A stretch of 64,000 bases of DNA from a bacterium (GTDB taxonomy: Bacteria; UBA8248), in assembly GCA_963692865.2 (NCBI GenBank), contig OY843592.1, forward strand, positions 1,728,001 through 1,792,000. Reading direction: 5' to 3'. Below are positions 8,724 through 17,816 of the stretch, piece by piece (within the stretch, counting starts at the first letter, position 1; each line of letters begins with the position of its first letter). Under the pieces are notes generated by a model. It did not search any database and had not been told where the DNA came from. It saw only the letters and a program-made list of their open reading frames with translations. The translations under genes were made by a program, and so were the position numbers.

Positions 8724-9803
8724 ATGAGCGAAAAAACGGTTTCCCTTGCCGTCATCCTGGGCGACGGCGTGGGGCACGACGTGCTGCCCGTGGCGACGGA
8801 GGTGATACAGACTGCATCGGGCGCGATCGGAGTGGAAGTCAAGCCTGAAATCTATGACTACGGCGCGCTCCACTATCTCGAGCACGGAACCCCGCTGCCC
8901 GAGGACGTGAACGGCCTTGTGCGCGGCCTGGCGGAGAAGCACGACGCCATCCTTTTCGGAAGCGCCGGCCTCGACCCCAGAATCCCCGAAGACGTGAACT
9001 GCCGTGACCTCCTGCGCGCGCTTAGGTTCGAACTCGATTTGTACGTGAACCTGCGGCCGTCGCCGCTGCTGCACCCCGATTTCTGTCCCCTGAAGAAAGA
9101 CGCCCCCATCGACTTGGTCGTCGTGCGCGAGAACACCGAGGGCGTGAACGTGCGCGTGGGCGGCAACTTCAAGAAGGGGACGCCGGATGAGGTCGCCATC
9201 CAGGAGGACATCAACACCTACAAGGGCGTCTCGCGCATCTGCCGCTACGCCTTCGAATACGCGCGAAAACACGGCTACCCCAAGGTGACGATGGCGGACA
9301 AGCACGGCTCCCTCATTCACGCGCACGGCCTGTGGCAGCGGGTGTTCTGGGCGGTCTCGGAGGAATTCCCCGACGTGGCGGGGGAGCACTACTTCATCGA
9401 CACCCTGTGCCAGGACCTCCTGTTCAAGCCGGAGGATTTCGGCGTCATCGTCACCAACAACATGTACGGCGACATCCTGAGCGATCTGTGCGCGGGACTC
9501 GTGGGGGGCGTGGGGCTGGCGGCGTCGGGGTGCATTCACCCGGGCCGCGTGTGCATGTTCGAGCCGGTGCACGGCACGGCGCCCGACATCGCGCTCAAGG
9601 GAATCGCGAACCCCTTCGCCGTCTGCCTGACGGGGAGAATCATGCTGAACACGCTGGGCCTCGATGAGTCGGCGAACCTGATCTGGGAGGCGATTCGCTC
9701 CGCCGTCCGCGAGAAAAAGACCACGGCGGATCTCGGCGGTTCGCTCAATACCCGGGAAGTGGGCGATTACCTCTGCGCGCACATCGAAAAATCAAGCGCG
9801 TAA
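8724..9803 (+). CDS. Isocitrate/isopropylmalate/tartrate dehydrogenase family
   Basis: GDGVG, LY.NLRP, VRENTEG, NMYGDILSD, MFEPVHG.APDIA. Confidence 0.92.
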   Translation: MSEKTVSLAVILGDGVGHDVLPVATEVIQTASGAIGVEVKPEIYDYGALHYLEHGTPLPEDVNGLVRGLAEKHDAILFGSAGLDPRIPEDVNCRDLLRALRFELDLYVNLRPSPLLHPDFCPLKKDAPIDLVVVRENTEGVNVRVGGNFKKGTPDEVAIQEDINTYKGVSRICRYAFEYARKHGYPKVTMADKHGSLIHAHGLWQRVFWAVSEEFPDVAGEHYFIDTLCQDLLFKPEDFGVIVTNNMYGDILSDLCAGLVGGVGLAASGCIHPGRVCMFEPVHGTAPDIALKGIANPFAVCLTGRIMLNTLGLDESANLIWEAIRSAVREKKTTADLGGSLNTREVGDYLCAHIEKSSA

Positions 9804-9835
9804 GTTTTTGATTTTAATGACGAAGAGGATGATTC

Positions 9836-11521
9836 ATGCCCTTTGAAGTCGGCGCGCCCGCCCACGCGGGCCAGATCGTCGTGGACGCCCTCGTCAGGGA
9901 GAACGTCAGGAGGCTCTATTGCCTTCCCGGCTCCCATCTTCTGCAGTTCTACGACGCGCTCCGCGAAGCCCCCTCCATCGGCCTCGTCACCTGCAAGCAG
10001 GAGCCGAACGCCTCCCTGATGGCCGACGCCTACGGGCGGCTCACCGGAGAGCCGGGCGTGTGCCTGCTCACGGCGGGCCCCGGCGGCGCCAACTCCATCG
10101 CGGGCGTGGCGCAGGCCTACGGCGCTGCTTCGCCGATGGTGCACATCACCGGCTCCGTACCTCTGGACGCATCGCGCGAGGCGTTCCACGGCGTGGACGA
10201 CCCCGACTTTCTGGTCGAGATGTTCCAGAAGGTCACCAAGTGGAGCGTCCGCGTGAAGCGCATCGAGGAGATATCCGGCGTCATGGCGAAGGCGTTTCAC
10301 GTCGCCAGAAGCGGGCGGCCGGGGCCGGTGCACGTCGAGATACCGAGGCTCGGCGACTACAGCCCCCATCTGTTGCAGGATGCCCCCATCGCTCTGCCCG
10401 AATATGAGCCGAAGCCCACGCAGGTCGTCGCCCCCAATGCGGAGGACGTCGCCCAGTACGCGCGCAGGTTGCTGGCGGCGGAGTATCCCGTCATCTGCGC
10501 GGGCAAGGGCGTGATGCGGAAAGGCGCTATGGACGAACTCTCGCGCATCGCCGATAAGTTCTCGATTCCCGTCATCTACCCCCAGGATGCGATGGGCGTC
10601 ATCCCGGAAGACCACCCCCTGGCGGTGGGGCATTACTTCGCCTTCAGGAACACCCGGTTCATGGACGGCGTCACCTCCAGGTGCGACTTGATGATGTTCA
10701 TCGGCCTGAGAGCCGACACGGCGGAGGTGGAGCACATCGAACCCTATGCGCCTTCCGAGCGGATTTTCATCGGCTTCGACGATGCGGAGGATGCGCACTA
10801 CGGCGGCGCCGACGAGATAGTAGCGGATCCAAAGATGTTCCTGAGCGCCCTGGAGGCGCATCTGGAGAGCGAGGGCGGACGGGCTGGCGCCGAGGTCAGG
10901 GAGCAGGTCGCCGAGGGAAAGGCGGACTTGAGGAGGCAGGCTCTGGATGTCACCCAAGGCCATGAGAGCGAGACGCCGATCCATCCGGCGCTGTTGATGG
11001 AAAGGCTCAGCAAGCACATCAAGCCCGACGCGGTCGTCGTCTCCGACGTGGGCAACTGCCAGATGTTCGCGCGCTACTACGTGCCGCTCACGAACCGGTT
11101 CTCCTTCATGCAGTCGGGCGTGTGGAACGCCATGTCCTTCGCGCTGCCCACGGCCATCGTCGCCAAGATGGAATACCCCGAACGCGACGTCATCGGCCTG
11201 GTGGGAGACGGCGCGTTCCTGATGACGATCGGCGATTTCGTGACGGCGAGCGAATACGGCGCCGATATCGTGATGATCGTCCTGAACGACGGCTCCTACG
11301 GCCAGATAGACCGCCAGCAGCAGAACCTCTACGGCGCGGCCTACGGCTGTGATTTCAAGAGCCCCAATTTCGCCGGGATGGCGGGTTCTTTCGACGCGTT
11401 CGGCGTGCGGGTGGAAGACCCCGCCGACCTCGACGGGGCCATCGAGGCGGCGCTCACTGCGGGCCAGCCGGCCATCGTGGAAGTCATGACGCGCGAACAG
11501 CCGCTCCCGAAGATTTCTTGA
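9836..11521 (+). CDS. Thiamine pyrophosphate-binding protein (ALS-like)
   Basis: E..A..MADAYGR.TG.PGV, GRPGPV, GDGAF..N TPP motif. Confidence 0.92.
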   Translation: MPFEVGAPAHAGQIVVDALVRENVRRLYCLPGSHLLQFYDALREAPSIGLVTCKQEPNASLMADAYGRLTGEPGVCLLTAGPGGANSIAGVAQAYGAASPMVHITGSVPLDASREAFHGVDDPDFLVEMFQKVTKWSVRVKRIEEISGVMAKAFHVARSGRPGPVHVEIPRLGDYSPHLLQDAPIALPEYEPKPTQVVAPNAEDVAQYARRLLAAEYPVICAGKGVMRKGAMDELSRIADKFSIPVIYPQDAMGVIPEDHPLAVGHYFAFRNTRFMDGVTSRCDLMMFIGLRADTAEVEHIEPYAPSERIFIGFDDAEDAHYGGADEIVADPKMFLSALEAHLESEGGRAGAEVREQVAEGKADLRRQALDVTQGHESETPIHPALLMERLSKHIKPDAVVVSDVGNCQMFARYYVPLTNRFSFMQSGVWNAMSFALPTAIVAKMEYPERDVIGLVGDGAFLMTIGDFVTASEYGADIVMIVLNDGSYGQIDRQQQNLYGAAYGCDFKSPNFAGMAGSFDAFGVRVEDPADLDGAIEAALTAGQPAIVEVMTREQPLPKIS

Positions 11522-11523
11522 GG

Positions 11524-11897
11524 AGGGATGTTGAAAAACCCTCGATCTCGAAATTCGGCGTATGGCGCCGACCGGGGGGCTATAGCGGACAGGCCCCTGC
11601 GCCTGTCCGAGGTCGCGACCTTGGACCGTTCACAAGAACGGCCCACTACGAGGTCGTGCGGTTTTGTTCGTTATTCCGGCGCATGCCGGAATCCAGGGAC
11701 TTTGCTTTTGTTTTTTTCTTCTGTATTCCCGCCAAAGAGTGGGGGATGAAAAACCGGAGCGTTGCCATTCTCCTCGGCTCTGGATTCCGGCTTTCGCCGG
11801 AATGACGGTGAGTAATCTCGATTGTAGGGGCGGTTCGCGAACCGCCCCTACGGAGCCAAGTCGACCGAGAGGCGTAAGGGGGTTTTTCAACAGCCCC
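11524..11897. repeat. Family-E bounded mosaic cassette (B + A doublet 11669-11807 + B)
   Basis: Starts AGGGATGTTGAAAAA, ends TTTTTCAACAGCCCC; internal hairpins. Confidence 0.85.
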
Positions 11898-11974
11898 CTA
11901 CGCGCCGGTGGAAGTCTTTCCACCCATCTCCTTCATCACGGAAAATAACCGCTCAATAATCAAGGAGTTTGACC

Positions 11975-12757
11975 ATGGACATTCGTCTGGACGGAAAAAA
12001 AGCGCTCATCACGGGCGGCAGCCGGGGCATGGGCCGGGGCATGGCGCTCAAGTTCTCCGAATCGGGGGCGGAAGTGGCGGTCGTCGCGAGGCGGCCCGAC
12101 GTGCTCGAGGAGACGAGGCGCGAGATCGAGGCCGCCACCGGGGGCCGGGTGTTCGCCTATTCGTGCGATATGCGCGACGCCGAGGCGATCAAGAATATGT
12201 GGGCCGCGGCGCTCGGGGATTTGGGCCAAATCGACATTCTTGTGAACAACGCGGGCGCCTCCACCCGGGGCCCGTTCGAGGAAATCAGCGACGAGATTTG
12301 GGAGGAGGACCTGGGCCTCAAGCTCTTCGGCGCCATCCGGACCTGCCGCCTCGCGTTTCCCGCGATGAAGGCGCGCCGCTGGGGCCGCATCATCAACGTC
12401 GTGACGGTTGCGGGAAAAGCGCCGCCCGCCACGAGCGCGCCCACGTCGGTCTCGCGCGCCGCAGGCATGGCGATGACCAAGGTGCTGGCGGGCGAAGGCG
12501 CGCCCTACGGCGTCCTGGTGAACGCGCTTTGCACGGGCCGCATCGTGACGGATCAGATCGCGCGGCGCTACGAGCGGGAGAAGCCCGGAATCTCATTTGA
12601 GGAATACGTCGCCGAAGCGGGGCGCGACATACCGCTCGGCAGGATGGGAACCGCCGAGGAATACGCCAACATGGCGTGTTTTCTCGCGTCCGACGCGGCT
12701 TCTTTCATCACGGGGACGGCGGTCAACATCGACGGGGGGTTCTGCCCGGTCGTGTAG
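11975..12757 (+). CDS. SDR family oxidoreductase
   Basis: TGGSRGMG, DILVNNAG, IPLGR.G..EE.A; catalytic Tyr position reads TSVSR (atypical). Confidence 0.9.
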   Translation: MDIRLDGKKALITGGSRGMGRGMALKFSESGAEVAVVARRPDVLEETRREIEAATGGRVFAYSCDMRDAEAIKNMWAAALGDLGQIDILVNNAGASTRGPFEEISDEIWEEDLGLKLFGAIRTCRLAFPAMKARRWGRIINVVTVAGKAPPATSAPTSVSRAAGMAMTKVLAGEGAPYGVLVNALCTGRIVTDQIARRYEREKPGISFEEYVAEAGRDIPLGRMGTAEEYANMACFLASDAASFITGTAVNIDGGFCPVV

Positions 12758-13053
12758 ACTCGGGGATTTCTTCTATATTTTCCGGGAGACTCCGAAAAGA
12801 GGCATCCCGCAGCTTTCGCCAGAACCGGCGCGCCGGCTCCGCTGGAAGCGGACGCTCCCGCCCGGGAGCAACAGAACCCAGGGGGCGAGTGGTCCTGCAC
12901 GCCTCGCCCCGGAGGCTCCCTGATGAAGAGGCGCTTGGCGGAGGCGCGCCGATTTGCTATGGATGATTCCGTATAGTTGACGTGAAACGTCTGCTCCCGC
13001 CGGAGAAGTATGAAAAGCCAGCGGCGCGGCTACCATGCCATGAGGTCATCCCC

Positions 13054-14205
13054 ATGAACGGCGACGCATTCGACGCCCTGGTCATCGGCGGCGGAATCAA
13101 CGGACTCTCCGCCCTCTATCACCTGAAACGGCTGGGCGCTGCGCGCGTCGGGCTGGTGGAGCGCTTCGAGATCGGACACGACCGGGGCAGTTCGCACGGC
13201 GCGGCCCGCGTCACGAGAAGCGCCTACGTCGCCCCTGAATACGTCCGCCTCATGCAGTGGGTGCACAAGGAAGAGTGGCCCAGGCTCGAAAAAGACTTGC
13301 GAAAAAAACTCGTGTATTCCAATCCCGGGATATACACCGGGCCGCCGTGCGAGCGTTACCATTCCTACATCCACGCGGTGGCGCAAGAGGGCGTGGACGT
13401 GGAGCTCCTCACCGCGGACGAGGCGCGGGAGCGGTTTCCCCAGTTCACCTTCGAGAATGCGGAGAGCGCCCTGCTGGACAAGACGGGAGGCTTCATATCC
13501 TCCAGGGAGGCGATCGATTCGCTCGCCGCGCTGGCCCGCGAGAACGGAGTGAGGGTCCTTGAGAACACCATCGTCCACGGAATCGACCCGGCGTCCGACC
13601 CCGTAAAGGTCGAAACGAGCGAGGGAACCTTGGAGAGCGAACGCCTCGTCGTGGCGGCGGGGGCGTGGGCGAAAGACTTGCTCCCGTTCCTGAAGCCCAG
13701 GCTCAACATCGCCCGCCAGACGGTCGGGTATTTCACGCCCGAGGATGATTTGGACGCCTACCGGCCCGGCCGTTTCCCGGTCTGGGCCTACAGGGAGCAG
13801 GACGAGAACAACCTTTTCTACGGGATGCCCGAATTCGGGCGCGCGGGCGTCAAGGTGGGCCGGCATCTGAGAGTCGGGGTGGATGACGATCCGGACAACC
13901 CGCCTGACGCCATCGACCAGGAGAAAATCGCCGACGTGAAGCGCTTCATGGCGCGCTTTTTCACCTGCAAGAACTGGACGCTCGCCGGGGCGGAACACTG
14001 CCTCTACACGAACGCGCCGAACGAGGATTTCATCATCGACTTACACCCCGAAAACCCGCGGGTCGCGTTCGGGGCCGGCTTCTCGGGCCACGGGTTCAAG
14101 TTCGGCCCTCTCACGGGAAGGCTTCTGGCCGAACTGGCGTGGGAGGGGAAAACTTCCATACCCGATGCCGAACTGGCGAGGCGCCTTTTTTCACTCAAGA
14201 AATAA
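13054..14205 (+). CDS. N-methyl-amino acid oxidase (SolA/monomeric sarcosine oxidase family)
   Basis: IGGGING, GH.RGSSHG..R..R.AY, CLYT (covalent FAD Cys), GFSGHGFKF. Confidence 0.9.
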   Translation: MNGDAFDALVIGGGINGLSALYHLKRLGAARVGLVERFEIGHDRGSSHGAARVTRSAYVAPEYVRLMQWVHKEEWPRLEKDLRKKLVYSNPGIYTGPPCERYHSYIHAVAQEGVDVELLTADEARERFPQFTFENAESALLDKTGGFISSREAIDSLAALARENGVRVLENTIVHGIDPASDPVKVETSEGTLESERLVVAAGAWAKDLLPFLKPRLNIARQTVGYFTPEDDLDAYRPGRFPVWAYREQDENNLFYGMPEFGRAGVKVGRHLRVGVDDDPDNPPDAIDQEKIADVKRFMARFFTCKNWTLAGAEHCLYTNAPNEDFIIDLHPENPRVAFGAGFSGHGFKFGPLTGRLLAELAWEGKTSIPDAELARRLFSLKK

Positions 14206-14644
14206 GGTCTTATCTCTCCCGATGAGGGTCCGCGTCCCTCGCGCGGCGACGGGTATGGATCCCTTAAAGCGAGCGCAGAAAGGCGAGCAGCGCCGCGATT
14301 TGAAGTCCATAGAGATTCCGAAGCACACCCATAAAATTTGATTCTTTGGTTTTTCTTCTTGACAAGGAAGGATTTCTGATAGATGGTTAATTATTAGTTA
14401 ACATTATTTAATTATCATTAACATCTGATCGTTTACTTGATTTCCACAAGTTGGAGGACGCCCGGCGGTTACAGAACTTACAAACAGGACTGATTCGACC
14501 GCACCGCATCAATTTGTCACGAGAAAGCAGAACTTGTCCTGCCCCGCTGCCCCATCATCTTCGTATTACCCCCACGATACGATGGCTGATGCGGGTGGCG
14601 GGGCGGCGGGTTTTTCGAAAGCCTATGACACCCCTTGCTCAATG

Positions 14645-14978
14645 AGTTTGTAGGGACATGCCTCTGTGCCTGTCCGAAGCCCCGTGTCTGTCCCTGTGAA
14701 GCGTAACCACGGTCCGAACTTTCCCTTTTCGGGAAGTTCGACGCCCCTACGAGTGAATACGCTTTTGATCGTCATTCCGGCGCATGCCGGAATCCAGGGA
14801 TTTTGCCTTTGTTTTTTTATTTCTTCTGTATTCCCGCCAGTGAGCGGGGGATGAAAAATCGGAGCCTCGCCATTCTCCTCGGCTCTGGATTCCGGCATTC
14901 GCCGGAATGACGGCGGTGGTCGATTCCGACCGATGAGGAAGGAATCGACCGAGCAAGGAGGACTTTTTCAACAACCCC
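14645..14978. repeat. Mosaic repeat cluster (B + A doublet 14770-14912 + E end)
   Basis: 14650-14800 is an inverted homolog of 45315-45480; ends TTTTTCAACAACCCC. Confidence 0.88.
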
Positions 14979-14995
14979 GGCGAACGGGGAATGCC

Positions 14996-15820
14996 TCAGG
15001 ACGCTCCATCCCCAATAAGCGCCCGCAGATTCTCCGCCGCCAGCCGCGCCGCCGTTTTTATGTCGGGTTTGGAAACTATCTGGCACGTCAGGTAGCCCGC
15101 ATACCCTATCGAGCGGAGCGCACCGATGACCTCATCGAAGGGAATGTGCCCGCCGCCGGGATAGTAGCGGTTGTTCTCGGCGATGTGCATGTGGCCCAGA
15201 AACGCTTTCGATTCGATGATGGGAGCCGTGAACGACGCCTCATCCGCGTTCATGTGGTAGGTGTCGAGCATGAGGACGAGGGCTTCATGGCCGAGTTCCC
15301 GGCAGAGCGCCGCGCCTTCGGCAGCCGTGGTCACGTTGTTGATCCAGTGACTGCACAAGGGCTCGAGATAGAGTCTGGCTCCCCGCGAGGCGGCCTCATC
15401 CGCGAGGCCGAGGAGCGCGTCGCGCATCCAGCGGAGAGAATCCTCGCGCCGCGCATCCTCGCAGAGGTTGCCGCGCGAGGAGCCGATCACCATGCCGCAC
15501 CCGAACCTCTGCGCCATATCGAGCGCGTCCAGGTGGCGGCGCCAGGACACCTGCCTGATCTCGGGGACGGGGTGGCACAGCCATATCCTGTCCTGAAAGC
15601 CCATGGCCGCCGTGTGGATCATCGAAACGGAAAGCCCCCGGCTGTTGATCTGCTTTTCTATCTCGTCCAAATCGAGTTCGGCTGGCTTACGCACCGAGAG
15701 CTCCACCGCCTCGAAACCCGCCTCGGCCACGCAATCGAGGTTCCCCGCCAGGGTCCCCTGCGCGCTGGGGAGGTTGGGGGTGGAAATATCCGGCGTGGCG
15801 ATCTGGTAGCTGAGCTTCAC
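14996..15820 (-). CDS. Sugar phosphate isomerase/epimerase (xylose isomerase-like TIM barrel)
   Basis: AGF.AVEL, LEP, LDTYHMN, H.HIAENNR..PG.GHI.F. Confidence 0.85.
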   Translation of the reverse strand: MKLSYQIATPDISTPNLPSAQGTLAGNLDCVAEAGFEAVELSVRKPAELDLDEIEKQINSRGLSVSMIHTAAMGFQDRIWLCHPVPEIRQVSWRRHLDALDMAQRFGCGMVIGSSRGNLCEDARREDSLRWMRDALLGLADEAASRGARLYLEPLCSHWINNVTTAAEGAALCRELGHEALVLMLDTYHMNADEASFTAPIIESKAFLGHMHIAENNRYYPGGGHIPFDEVIGALRSIGYAGYLTCQIVSKPDIKTAARLAAENLRALIGDGAS

Positions 15821-16275
15821 GTTGCAGTCTCCTCTGCCCTCATCGCGCCCCAGGACGCGGCGCGGTGCGGCGTTATCTCAATCATCCATGCGTGGATCGT
15901 TATCGGTCCGCGGTACTGCGTGTATTTCTCCCGGAGCCGCTCCGCCGCCTTCTCATACGCTTCGGCGTCCGCCTCGGCATGGATGATCCTCGCGCTCCCG
16001 AAGATGAGGGCGAAGCCGAGTTTCGCCCAGTCGTCCTCGTAGTGATCCACCAGGAATGTGACCTGCGCGTTCTCGCGGATGTTGTCGAGCCTTTTGAGCC
16101 GCTCGACGTCTTTTTTCTGCTTGCCGTCCACCGGAACGTATATCTTCCCGTCCACCACGGCGAAAACGACGGGCACGACGTGGGGCGCGGCGTCCTTCCC
16201 CGCCGTCGCCAGCCGCGCCACGCGCGCGCGCTCCACGAACGCCCAGGCATCATCGCCGAATCTAGGCTTCGTCAT
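15817..16275 (-). CDS. PPOX class putative F420-dependent oxidoreductase (TIGR03668-like)
   Basis: ARVARLAT....PHVVPVVFA, VD.K.K, L.RL.NI..N..V..LVDHY.DDW..L, L.EKY.QY. Confidence 0.85.
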   Translation of the reverse strand: MTKPRFGDDAWAFVERARVARLATAGKDAAPHVVPVVFAVVDGKIYVPVDGKQKKDVERLKRLDNIRENAQVTFLVDHYEDDWAKLGFALIFGSARIIHAEADAEAYEKAAERLREKYTQYRGPITIHAWMIEITPHRAASWGAMRAEETAT

Positions 16276-17816
16276 TTCGCCTCCCCGTAGCCCCCGCCGC
16301 CCGGCGTGATAAGCGTGAGGGTGTCGCCGGGCTCCATGTCGGTGGTGACCTTGGGGTCGATCTCATGGTCGTTGATGCGCACCTGCCCGCGCGCGCCGTG
16401 CCCCCCGCCGAACAGCCCCGGCGCCGGCGATTTCGTGCGCTCGGCCATGAACGATACGGTGATGCGCGCCGGCGAGTCGTTCCGGAAGACGATCCGCTGC
16501 CCGCAGCCGCCCCGGAATCTTCCGGCGCCGCCGGAGTCCCTCAATATCGTCTTCTCGATGAGGGTGAAGGGCGTGATGCGCTCGATCACCTCTATCGGCG
16601 TGTGGGAGACGTTGCTCGGATAGCTCAGGCACGCGTGGCCGTCTCCGCGCGCGGTGGCGCCCGTGCCCCCGTTCTGGAAGAAAAGCCCCGCCGTCCGCAC
16701 GCCGCGCTTGTCCAGCCCCGTGAAGTTCACGCACCAGAGCGGCGAGCCGCTCGCCGCGGGCGCCTCCTCGGGGATGACGGGGGCCAGCGCCTCGAAAACG
16801 GCGGCGGGCAGGTAGTGGCCCACCAGCATCCGCCCGCCTCCGGCGGCGGGGTGGAGCGGCTCCAGGATGCTGCCCGGCTCCGTCCGCACGTCGATGGGCC
16901 GGAAACACCCCTCGTTGTTGGGAACCTCGGGACACAGGACGCATTTGATGGGATAGACCGAATAGGCGTAGGTGTAGTTGTAGGCCACGTTCACGGCGCG
17001 GTCGACCTGGGGCGAGGAACCCGCGTAGTCGATGACCAGCGAATCCCCGGTTTTCTCGATTCGCGTCCGCACCCGTATGGGCTCCGCGAGGCCGTCGGTC
17101 TCGATTTCGGACGCGAATTCCCCGTCGGGCAGACGGCGCAGGGCGTCGCGCATGGCCTTCTCCGAGCGGCCCTGAATCTCCTTCGTGAGCGCGCGCAAAT
17201 CCTCCAGACCGTATTCATCCAGCAGATCGCCCAGGCGTTTTTCCGCCAGACGGTTCGCCGTGAGCTGGGCGTTGATGTCGCCCATCACCAGATCGGGCAC
17301 GCGCACGTTGTAGCGGATCAGGTCGATGAGCGTCCGGTCGGGCTCGCCGCGCCGGTACATCTTCATCATGGGGATCTGGAAGCCCTCCTCGTAGACCTCC
17401 CTCGGGTCGGGGGAGCGGATTTTCCCGCCGATGTCCGGCAGGTGGGCCGTACTGGCCGAGAAGCCGATGAACTTATCCCGGTGGAACACCGGCATCACGA
17501 TGTTCACGTCGGGGAGATGCCCCGTTCCGTACCAGATGTCGTTGGTGATGAGGATGTCGCCGGGCTCCAGCGTCTCGGGCGGAAACGCTCTCAGGAAGTG
17601 GCGAACCGTTATCGGCAGGGTGCCGATGAACGAGGCGATGCTGGCTGAGGACTGCACGAGGGAGTGGCCCTGATCGTCGGTGATCACGCAGGAAAAATCG
17701 TTCGACTCGCGCACCAGCGTCGAGAACGAGGTGCGCACCAGCGTCGCCGCCGCCTCGTCCACGATGCCGATGAGACGCCGCCAGAGCACTTCCAGCGTGA
17801 CGGGGTCGAACGCCAT
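16272..17816 (-). CDS. Hydantoinase B/oxoprolinase family protein
   Basis: DPVTLEV.W.RL, RTSFS..VRES.D, GHLPD, H..DIGG, TPGGGGYG. Confidence 0.93.
   Translation of the reverse strand: MAFDPVTLEVLWRRLIGIVDEAAATLVRTSFSTLVRESNDFSCVITDDQGHSLVQSSASIASFIGTLPITVRHFLRAFPPETLEPGDILITNDIWYGTGHLPDVNIVMPVFHRDKFIGFSASTAHLPDIGGKIRSPDPREVYEEGFQIPMMKMYRRGEPDRTLIDLIRYNVRVPDLVMGDINAQLTANRLAEKRLGDLLDEYGLEDLRALTKEIQGRSEKAMRDALRRLPDGEFASEIETDGLAEPIRVRTRIEKTGDSLVIDYAGSSPQVDRAVNVAYNYTYAYSVYPIKCVLCPEVPNNEGCFRPIDVRTEPGSILEPLHPAAGGGRMLVGHYLPAAVFEALAPVIPEEAPAASGSPLWCVNFTGLDKRGVRTAGLFFQNGGTGATARGDGHACLSYPSNVSHTPIEVIERITPFTLIEKTILRDSGGAGRFRGGCGQRIVFRNDSPARITVSFMAERTKSPAPGLFGGGHGARGQVRINDHEIDPKVTTDMEPGDTLTLITPGGGGYGEAK

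Noticed and set aside
12790-12990. CTGATGA and GAAA suggesting a hammerhead ribozyme (also CTGATGA near 31015, 50530, 61306)
   Set aside because: Stems I-III could not be formed around the core.
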